From contig JBHHYI010000052.1 in NCBI GenBank assembly GCA_046757525.1, positions 1 to 24,424 on the forward strand: a stretch of DNA of 24,424 nt, in the 5' to 3' direction. The stretch comes from a bacterium (GTDB taxonomy: Bacteria; Zhuqueibacterota; Zhuqueibacteria; Oceanimicrobiales; Oceanimicrobiaceae). Positions 10,015 to 17,144 of this stretch are shown one piece after another. The number at the start of each line of letters is the position of its first letter. Positions within the stretch are counted from its first letter, which is position 1. Position numbers and translations under genes: made by a program. The notes beneath the pieces are model-generated. The model had not been told where the DNA came from, ran no database searches, and worked only from the letters and a program-made list of their open reading frames with translations.

Positions 10015-11244
10015 ATGTTTATTGAATCCAGATTGTTACGCCATTTCGACTTGGGCGTCCTGATTGCGACCATTCTGATTGTTGCCTGCGGGCTGATCGC
10101 CATTTACAGCTCCACTTACACCCAACAGGCTCAGGGCACGCAGCAAAATTTTGACAAACAGGTTCTCTGGCTTGTGTTCGGATTGTTCCTTTTGGGCACG
10201 GTTTTGGCGACTTCCTTTCGCGTTTACTTCAAATTCGCCTATCCTGCTTATCTGATTACCCTCTTGTTATTGCTGCTGGTTTTGTTGGTCGGTACCGGGA
10301 CCGGTGCGAAACGCTGGATTCCGTTAGGCGCATTCTGGATTCAACCGGCTGAGTTTGCCAAGATCGGTACGCTCCTGGCGCTTGCCAAATATTTGAGTAG
10401 GGATAACCGCAACGTGAACAAGCTCAGAGAGCTCTTGTTTGCCTTCGGAATCGTCTTCCTGCCGATCTTGTTGATCATCCGGCAACCTGACCTTGGCTCG
10501 TCTTTGGTGTTTGTCGCCTTAGTTTTGCCCATGTTGCATTGGGCGGGCCTCTCATCGATCTATTTGTTCGTGCTGCTGGCACCTTTGCTTAGTTTGATTT
10601 GTGCCTTTAACTACTATTCTTTCTTTTTGGCCATGCTGGTCATCAGTCTGGTACTGCTTTTGTCGCAAAAGGGGCTGCGGTTTTTTCTGATTAATTTTGT
10701 CTTAAACATCGGGGTGGGCATCTCCACGCCATTGTTCTGGAACTTTCTGAAGGAATATCAAAAAAAGCGGATTCTTACGTTTTTGGGGCTGGTGACCGAT
10801 CCCAGTGGTCTGGGCTACCAGGTCATTCAGTCGAAAGTCGCCATTGGCTCCGGCGGCTTCGGGGGCAAGGGTTTTTTGCACGGCACGCAGACCCATTTGA
10901 GATTTTTGCCCGAACAACACACCGATTTTATTCTCTCAGTAATAGGGGAAGAGTTTGGTTTTATTGGGGTCATGTTTGTGTTGATTCTATTCCTGTTTAT
11001 CATCATCAAAGGCATCAAATTAGCGACTGTTGTGAAGAGTGAGTTCTTGCGTTTGCTCATACTGGGGTCGGTGTGCATCATGGCCTTTCAGGTTCTTGTG
11101 AACGTGGGCATGACTGTTGGCATTATGCCGGTCACGGGTCTTCCTCTGCCGTTCTTGAGCTATGGTGGCTCCGCTTTGTTAACCAATTTGACCCTAATTG
11201 GTTTCATTTTGAATGGCTCCATCAGGAGATTCGAATATCTTTGA
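10015..11244 (+). CDS. rodA: Rod shape-determining protein RodA (SEDS glycosyltransferase)
   Basis: GAKRWI, IQPAEFAK, QPDLG, LPEQHTDFI, GEEFGF, PFLSYGGS. Confidence 0.95.
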   Translation: MFIESRLLRHFDLGVLIATILIVACGLIAIYSSTYTQQAQGTQQNFDKQVLWLVFGLFLLGTVLATSFRVYFKFAYPAYLITLLLLLLVLLVGTGTGAKRWIPLGAFWIQPAEFAKIGTLLALAKYLSRDNRNVNKLRELLFAFGIVFLPILLIIRQPDLGSSLVFVALVLPMLHWAGLSSIYLFVLLAPLLSLICAFNYYSFFLAMLVISLVLLLSQKGLRFFLINFVLNIGVGISTPLFWNFLKEYQKKRILTFLGLVTDPSGLGYQVIQSKVAIGSGGFGGKGFLHGTQTHLRFLPEQHTDFILSVIGEEFGFIGVMFVLILFLFIIIKGIKLATVVKSEFLRLLILGSVCIMAFQVLVNVGMTVGIMPVTGLPLPFLSYGGSALLTNLTLIGFILNGSIRRFEYL

Positions 11245-11297
11245 GCCATTTATTTGGCAAGCTGTTGTTTTGTCGTGGACTAAGTGACAGATTTACC

Positions 11298-11326
11298 TTG
11301 ACTTTTAAGTGAGAGTTTAATAAATT
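11298..11326 (+). promoter_or_regulatory. Candidate sigma70-type promoter for barrel protein-cpoB pair
   Basis: TTGACT (11298-11303), N17, TAAATT (11321-11326), in AT-rich intergenic DNA. Confidence 0.55.
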
Positions 11327-11368
11327 TTTATAAATATTGGAATAAATAACGATTGGATTGAGAAGTTG

Positions 11369-12517
11369 ATGCCCAAGAACAGATTAGTTTTGACCGTGCT
11401 TAGTTGTTGTTTTTTTGTCGCAGCGGGATCGGCCGTGTTTGGTGGAGACTTGAGATTTGGCATCGGGATTAATGCTGGCATCAGTCGTCTGGAGGGGGAT
11501 TCGAAGTCCCCGCAAATCAGCCCCATGGTTTCCGGCCATCTGCGTATTTTGCCTATTCCCTATTTTGCCATCAGTGGAGATTTGGGGTTTTCTCAGCTCA
11601 ACACCAACGACCGCAGGTTCTTTTCCGATTTTAAGACGACCATTGTTCCATTCGAATTGAGCGGTATTGTGAACTTCTTGCCATTTAACAAAGTCAATCC
11701 GTATGTCATGATCGGTGGTGGCGGCGTTTACTGGAAAGCTACCAATTCCGGAACCACCCTCCAGGACAATCTCGACTCTTTTCTGAAGACCGGTGGCGGC
11801 ATAGAATACAGGCTAAATCCGAGTTTCAGCCTCGATGTCGGGGCCACCTTTCGCTTTTCGTTCACAGATGCTTTTGACCAGTTGCGACAGGGCGATGAGA
11901 ACGACCAGGTGCTGGATACCCATGTGGGTCTGACGTACTACTTCAAAAAAGGTGGCGGCGACAAAGATCACGATTCCATTCCCGACGAGTTGGATTTGCT
12001 GCCGGAAATAGCAGAAGATCACGACGGCTATTTGGACCACGATGGCATACCGGAGAAGAATCCATTCCCTTTAATCCTCGACGATTCGGCTTCTTCCAGC
12101 GATTTCGATAACAACATCTCTTCCCCTATTGTGATTCATCAATTGATTCACCAGGTGGAATCAGGACACCGCATACCCGTGAGGGCCAATGTATATTCGA
12201 ATGTGGATTTACGCGTGGTGGCGGTCATATACCGCCACGTTGGTAATCGAGAATGGAACGTGATTAGAATGACGGATTTAGGCGACCATTTGTACGAAGG
12301 CTTCGTCCCGGGCCGCGAGGTGACTGGCAATGGATTTGAATACTGCGTGGTAGCTGTTGATGAGACTTTGCGCGGCATTGGTTATTCCGGCCTGCCCAGC
12401 ATGCCCATCGAAGTCCATGTCAATCCGAATGGCAAATTCTGGCGCATATTGGGAGGTTTTGTAGGGGCTTCAACCATTGGAACCGCGTCGTATCTCGTTG
12501 CAAGAAAACAAAATTAG
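11369..12517 (+). CDS. OmpA-like outer-membrane beta-barrel protein with TSP3-like acidic repeats, Ig-like domain and C-terminal hydrophobic helix
   Basis: Signal peptide; alternating strands (NPYVMIGGG, GGGIEYRL, last strand HVGLTYYF); DKDHDSIPD..EDHDGYLDHDGIP; beta-rich domain; FWRILGGFVGASTIGTASYLVA-RK tail. Start TTG 11366 or ATG 11369. Confidence 0.7.
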   Translation: MPKNRLVLTVLSCCFFVAAGSAVFGGDLRFGIGINAGISRLEGDSKSPQISPMVSGHLRILPIPYFAISGDLGFSQLNTNDRRFFSDFKTTIVPFELSGIVNFLPFNKVNPYVMIGGGGVYWKATNSGTTLQDNLDSFLKTGGGIEYRLNPSFSLDVGATFRFSFTDAFDQLRQGDENDQVLDTHVGLTYYFKKGGGDKDHDSIPDELDLLPEIAEDHDGYLDHDGIPEKNPFPLILDDSASSSDFDNNISSPIVIHQLIHQVESGHRIPVRANVYSNVDLRVVAVIYRHVGNREWNVIRMTDLGDHLYEGFVPGREVTGNGFEYCVVAVDETLRGIGYSGLPSMPIEVHVNPNGKFWRILGGFVGASTIGTASYLVARKQN

Positions 12518-12555
12518 ATGTTAAATATTGGAAGGACCCAATGTGGAGGTGCATG

Positions 12556-13386
12556 ATGAATTCTAAAAGATTATTTAAGAGGCTACCTGCATACTATTTG
12601 GGATATGCCCTGGCTTCGGTTATGCTTTTGTTCTTGATGAGTTGCGGCGCTTCCCGGCAGGATTCAGAGCTGGATAGCGATCAGGTTAACATTGACGATT
12701 TGTTGGGCGACGAGGAGAATAGGCCTGAGGATCAAGCAGCCGAGGAAGCCGAGGTGTTGAGATTGCTGGGCATAACACAAAGGGAGAGTAACGCAGTTGC
12801 GTCGGATAGTGAAGCGATGGCCGCGGTTGAAGAACAGTCGGGTGATTTGCAGAACGACGTTTCCCAACTCAAGAAAGAAATTCAAGATAAGGACCAGGAG
12901 ATCAACTCGCTAAGGTCCGAGATCATCAACAAGGAAGCCAGAATCAACGATTTGCAATCCCAAATGAAAAACGTGCCGAAACCCGTACGCAGCAATCCTT
13001 CGATAGGGGATTTAGCCGATTTCAAATCCAGCTATCAGAGTGCCTTAGATCAATTCAACGCCAGAAATTATCAGGCGGCCTTGTCACAGTTCCGTCAATT
13101 GCTGTCCATGGATTCCAGCACTTCGCTTTCAGATAACTGTCAATACTGGATCGGCGAGTGCTACTACGCCCTGGGAAATTATAATCAGGCCATTGCTGAA
13201 TTCGAGAAAGTATTTTCTTTCCCCAATTCCAACAAGAGCGATGATGCTCAGCTAAAACTCGGCATCAGTTATCTCAAATTAGGTGACCGGAAGCAAGCGG
13301 CGTCTGAATTTGAGCGCTTGCTTTCCAACTATCCGGACAGCGAATATGTTGATTTGGCGCAAAGGTATCTGGATCGCTTGCGGTGA
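12556..13386 (+). CDS. CpoB/YbgF-like coiled-coil + TPR lipoprotein
   Basis: Lipobox-like FLMS-C, heptad coiled coil, TPRs with DNCQYWIGECYY and SNKSDDAQLKLG typical of YbgF/CpoB. GGAGGT at 12545-12550 favours ATG 12556. Confidence 0.75.
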   Translation: MNSKRLFKRLPAYYLGYALASVMLLFLMSCGASRQDSELDSDQVNIDDLLGDEENRPEDQAAEEAEVLRLLGITQRESNAVASDSEAMAAVEEQSGDLQNDVSQLKKEIQDKDQEINSLRSEIINKEARINDLQSQMKNVPKPVRSNPSIGDLADFKSSYQSALDQFNARNYQAALSQFRQLLSMDSSTSLSDNCQYWIGECYYALGNYNQAIAEFEKVFSFPNSNKSDDAQLKLGISYLKLGDRKQAASEFERLLSNYPDSEYVDLAQRYLDRLR

Positions 13387-13422
13387 CAATGAGAATTGGT
13401 GCATGCGTCCCATGTGGCCGGC

Positions 13423-13454
13423 AAAGGTGGGTCTGTACCCGCCTTTTCTATTTT
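13423..13454 (+). terminator. Rho-independent terminator
   Basis: AAAGGTGGGT-CTGT-ACCCGCCTTT stem (one G-U pair) followed by TCTATTTT, downstream of the cpoB-like gene. Confidence 0.7.
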
Positions 13455-13474
13455 GAAGCCAGCAGTCCTTTCCC

Positions 13475-13502
13475 TTGACTTTGTGCAAAAATATTCTATA
13501 TT
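13475..13502 (+). promoter_or_regulatory. Candidate sigma70-type promoter for galT-like/glgA-like pair
   Basis: TTGACT (13475-13480), N16, TATATT (13497-13502). Confidence 0.5.
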
Positions 13503-13545
13503 TATTTTCTTGTAGGAAATCTATTCAACCTAAACTGCTCATTGT

Positions 13546-14544
13546 ATGCCTGAACTCAGAAAGGATCCGATAGTCGGCCGGTGGGTCATAATTTCTACCG
13601 AACGCGGCAAGCGGCCATCAGATTGGGCGTCGGAGGCTAAATTGAAAGGCAGCGGTTTTTGTCCGTTTTGTCCCGGCAATGAGGACAAGACGCCCCCTGA
13701 AATCATGGCTGTCCGGCCAATGACCGAGCAGAGAGATGTGCCGGGGTGGGAGATTCGGGTTGTGCCCAACAAGTTTCCCGCTCTCCAGATTGAAGGGGAC
13801 CTGGCCCGGCGCGGAGAAGGTATTTATGACATGTTAAATGGCATCGGAGCCCACGAGGTCGTCATTGAAACTCCGAATCACGCCCTGGATTTCGCCGACT
13901 TGAGCGTCGATTCGGTGGCGAACATATTAAGGATATTTCGGGACCGAGCGCTTGATTTGAAAAAGGATACGCGCTTCAAGTATATTTTGATTTTTAAGAA
14001 CCACGGCGTGTCTGCCGGCGCTTCGCTGGAACATACGCACTCGCAGTTGATTGCAACGCCGATTATTCCCAAAAGGGTTTTGGAAGAGCTCGATGGCAGC
14101 CGCCGTCACTACAAATATAAGGAACGCTGTATATTTTGTGACATCATTCGACAGGAAGAGCTGTCTCAAAAACGCGTAGTCACCGCTCTTGATTCGTTTT
14201 TGACCATCGAGCCCTTTGCTCCCAGGTTCCCTTTCGAAACATGGATTCTGCCAAAACAACATTTTTCGCACTTTGAAAGCATGCCGGAGGAAATGTATAA
14301 CAAGTTGGCTATCTCTCTAAAGGACGCTCTGACTCGCATTAACAAAGCTTTGGGATTTCCTCCTTTCAATTTCATGCTGCACAGTTCACCCATTCAGGAG
14401 TCCTCCTTGTTGGAATATCACTGGCACCTGGAAATCATACCAAAGCTGACCAAAATTGCCGGGTTTGAATGGGGTTCCGGATTTTACATAAATTCCACGC
14501 CTCCGGAAATTGCCGCAGAGCATTTGCAGAATGTGCAACAGTAA
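13546..14544 (+). CDS. galT: GalT-family hexose-1-phosphate nucleotidyltransferase (HIT superfamily)
   Basis: ELRKDP, CPFCPGNE, VPNKFPAL, GAHEVVIE, GASLEHTHSQ (HxH), HWHLEI, AGFEWG. Substrate uncertain. Confidence 0.85.
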   Translation: MPELRKDPIVGRWVIISTERGKRPSDWASEAKLKGSGFCPFCPGNEDKTPPEIMAVRPMTEQRDVPGWEIRVVPNKFPALQIEGDLARRGEGIYDMLNGIGAHEVVIETPNHALDFADLSVDSVANILRIFRDRALDLKKDTRFKYILIFKNHGVSAGASLEHTHSQLIATPIIPKRVLEELDGSRRHYKYKERCIFCDIIRQEELSQKRVVTALDSFLTIEPFAPRFPFETWILPKQHFSHFESMPEEMYNKLAISLKDALTRINKALGFPPFNFMLHSSPIQESSLLEYHWHLEIIPKLTKIAGFEWGSGFYINSTPPEIAAEHLQNVQQ

Positions 14545-14571
14545 CCCTAAAACTTAAGAGAAAAAAGACCA

Positions 14572-16068
14572 TTGAGAGGTAAACTAAAAGTTTTTTATGT
14601 CGCCACCGAAGTTTCCCCGTTTGCAAGGACGAGTGATTTGGGTGAAGTAGCCGGAGCCTACCCTAAGTATTTAAAAAACTTGGGCCACGATATTCGCGTA
14701 ATGATGCCAAATTACAAATCGATCAATGAAAGGAAGTTCATCTTAAGAGACGTCATTCGTCTGCAGGGTCTTGAAATAAAATTAGGGGATGAGGTTTATG
14801 TGGCAAACGCGAAATCTTCGTTTATCCCCAACTCCAAAGTGCAAATATATTTTTTGGATAATAAATTCTTCTTTGACAAAGAAGGTTTGTATTTTGACAG
14901 CAATACCGGTTTAGAGTTTCAGGATAATGCCCAAAGGTTCCTCTTTTTTTCCATTGGTTGTTTGGAAACTTTAAAGTTGCTTCATTGGCAGCCCGATATA
15001 ATTCATTGTAATGACTGGCAGACCGCACTCATACCGCTGTTGTTAAAAAGTGTGTACCGAGATGATCCGTTCTTCAAGAATAGCAAAACCCTGCTGTCCA
15101 TTCATGACCTGAACTTACATGGAATTTTTGATTCATCGGTCATCAAAGAGATTGCGCTTCTGCCAGACGATTACCTCGCCCACAGTTCTGCGGTAAAGAA
15201 GGGTAAGTTCAGCTTCTTGAGAGCAGGGTTAGAACATGCGGACTTGCTGAATACGGTGAGCGAGACTTATGCGCAGGAAATTCAGGTCGACTCAGAAATT
15301 GGCTTTGGCTTTGAAAGCATATTCAAGAAGAGAAAGGATGAGCTCTTCGGCATCCTCAACGGGGTTGATTATGAAGTTTGGAACCCAGAAGTAGACCGGC
15401 TCATCCCTCAAACTTACGACAGGACAGACCTGTCGGGAAAACAGCAAAACAAGAGAGAACTGCTGGAGCGATTTAATTTAGATTTTGACGACACAACCCC
15501 TGTCATCGGATTTATTTCGTGCTCTGTTGACCACCAGGGACTCGATTTACTGACCGAAAGCCTCGAACGTCTGATGCAAATGGACTTGCAGCTAATCGTG
15601 TTGGGTGAAGGGGCAAGGAAGTATCACAGAATTCTCAGAGATTTTCAAAAGAAGATTCCTCACAAACTCGCTGTTGAATTGAAGTTGGATTACAAATTAA
15701 CCCACTTGATGATGGCCGGTTGCGATATGTATCTCATGCCTTCACGCTTTGAGCCCTGCGGGTTACATCAAATGTATAGTCTAAAATATGGAACGGTCCC
15801 AATCGTCAGAGAAACGGGTGGTCTCTCGGATTCCATTAAAGACTTTAATTCGGAATGCACCTCGGGCACGGGTTTCGTCTTCAGAAAGTATGAACCGAGC
15901 GCTCTTTTCCAGGCAATCGATAAAGCTGTCAAGATTTTCAGGGACCGAGATACCTGGCTAAAATTGATTCAAAAGGGAATGAAGCAAGACTTTTCATGGA
16001 AGACACCTGTCCAGAAGTATGTAAGGCTATATCAAAGACTGATAAGCGCGAGAAACAGCAAGAGCTAA
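14572..16068 (+). CDS. glgA: Glycogen synthase (GT5) homolog with degenerate active-site motifs
   Basis: HCNDWQT, TVSETYAQEI, GILNGVD, MPSRFEPCGL, YGTVPIVRETGGL and FSW. KTGGL is replaced by RTSDL, and SRLxxQKG by SCSVDHQG. Confidence 0.8.
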   Translation: MRGKLKVFYVATEVSPFARTSDLGEVAGAYPKYLKNLGHDIRVMMPNYKSINERKFILRDVIRLQGLEIKLGDEVYVANAKSSFIPNSKVQIYFLDNKFFFDKEGLYFDSNTGLEFQDNAQRFLFFSIGCLETLKLLHWQPDIIHCNDWQTALIPLLLKSVYRDDPFFKNSKTLLSIHDLNLHGIFDSSVIKEIALLPDDYLAHSSAVKKGKFSFLRAGLEHADLLNTVSETYAQEIQVDSEIGFGFESIFKKRKDELFGILNGVDYEVWNPEVDRLIPQTYDRTDLSGKQQNKRELLERFNLDFDDTTPVIGFISCSVDHQGLDLLTESLERLMQMDLQLIVLGEGARKYHRILRDFQKKIPHKLAVELKLDYKLTHLMMAGCDMYLMPSRFEPCGLHQMYSLKYGTVPIVRETGGLSDSIKDFNSECTSGTGFVFRKYEPSALFQAIDKAVKIFRDRDTWLKLIQKGMKQDFSWKTPVQKYVRLYQRLISARNSKS

Positions 16069-16074
16069 CATCGG

Positions 16075-16236
16075 CCAACGCCACAGAATGCGTTTGTGGT
16101 TGGAATCAGTAGCACCCCATTGAAGACGCTTGGTGAGATCTGCTGACAATAGATATCCCAGGCGTTTCTTTGTTTTCTGAGACACCTTGTTTCAGAAGAG
16201 AACAAATGTTTCGCACCAACACAAACGCTTTAGTGG
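16075..16236 (+). ncRNA. Candidate structured RNA (unclassified; possibly compound terminator/attenuator)
   Basis: Hairpins at 16122-16168 and 16169-16206 are enclosed by a long-range stem 16081-16103/16216-16236. Alternative local hairpin at 16075-16103. G-U pairs favour the + strand. Confidence 0.35.
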
Positions 16237-16306
16237 ATTTTATCGGGCTGGTGTCGATAAATTAATAGCTTAAAGAGCCGATTGGGCTCATTCTTGCTAA
16301 AAAGAA

Positions 16307-16321
16307 TGGCATAGTTTTTGT
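16307..16321 (+). promoter_or_regulatory. Candidate sigma54 (-24/-12) promoter
   Basis: TGGCATAGTTTTTGT has the correct TGGCA..TTG spacing, but T replaces the conserved -12 C. Confidence 0.3.
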
Positions 16322-16381
16322 TGAATTACTTATATTTAGGCATCTCTTACCAGGGCATATCAGGAAGAAAGCGCAGTTCGT

Positions 16382-17095
16382 ATGGAAGGGATTGAAATAT
16401 CTGAGGGTAGAGTAGGTGCGCGACGGGATATTAAATTGCTCACCTTGAGAGGTTATGTAGACACGATGACCTGCTCAACCCTACTCAAAAAAATAACAGA
16501 TATTTTAAACAGTGGCATCTTTCATATAGTCGTCGATATGGCACAGGTGAATTATGTCAGCAGTGCTGGTTGGGGGGTATTCGTGGGTGAGATTAAAGGC
16601 ATTCGCGAGAAATATGGTGACTTGAAAATTGTGCAAATGACGCCCGAGGTTTACGATGTATTTGAGATGCTCGAGTTTAACAAGATTCTGTCCTATTATG
16701 ATGCCATTGAAGAAGCTATCAATGATTTTGATCTTTCCATAGGATTAGACATAACCAGGAGCGCTAAGAGAAGTTACAGTTCTGCAAACATGGTCGATGT
16801 GGCCGTTAGCCCGCCTGCCAAAGTTAACCGTCCCCCCCAGGCCACTACGCGTCAACACACGGCGGCCTTTGCTTTTAGCAAACCTCAGGTTGACGAACGC
16901 CTGTTGCCGCTCAATGAGAAGATACGGCTCGTGGTCATCGACAACCCAAACCGAGGCGCTCTCAAAATAAAAAAGGCTTTAAATACCAAGAGGTTCGGGT
17001 ACGTTAAGATCAACATCATAAAGGTATTCCGCCTCTTGAAAAAACTCAACCTCGAGAACAAACAACAGCGATTCCGTTATTACCGGTCGCGATGA
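16382..17095 (+). CDS. STAS (anti-sigma-factor antagonist) domain fused to a basic HTH-like C-terminal domain
   Basis: LRGYVDT, IVVDMAQVNYVSSAGWG, VYDVFEMLEF (SpoIIAA/RsbV-like); Pro/Ala/Ser linker; NPNRGALKIKKAL...KVFRLLKKLNL. Confidence 0.8.
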   Translation: MEGIEISEGRVGARRDIKLLTLRGYVDTMTCSTLLKKITDILNSGIFHIVVDMAQVNYVSSAGWGVFVGEIKGIREKYGDLKIVQMTPEVYDVFEMLEFNKILSYYDAIEEAINDFDLSIGLDITRSAKRSYSSANMVDVAVSPPAKVNRPPQATTRQHTAAFAFSKPQVDERLLPLNEKIRLVVIDNPNRGALKIKKALNTKRFGYVKINIIKVFRLLKKLNLENKQQRFRYYRSR

Positions 17096-17144
17096 TTAAT
17101 TGCAAACAAACTACTAAATCTGTAATGAAAAGCGAGTTAAGGAA

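Noticed and set aside
14572..16068. glgA as a pseudogene
   Set aside because: Full length, no stops or frameshifts, and structural motifs preserved; better described as a possible pseudo-enzyme.
16907..17095. IS element remnant
   Set aside because: The HTH-like segment is in frame with STAS, with no DDE domain, terminal inverted repeats or target duplication; treated as a fusion domain.
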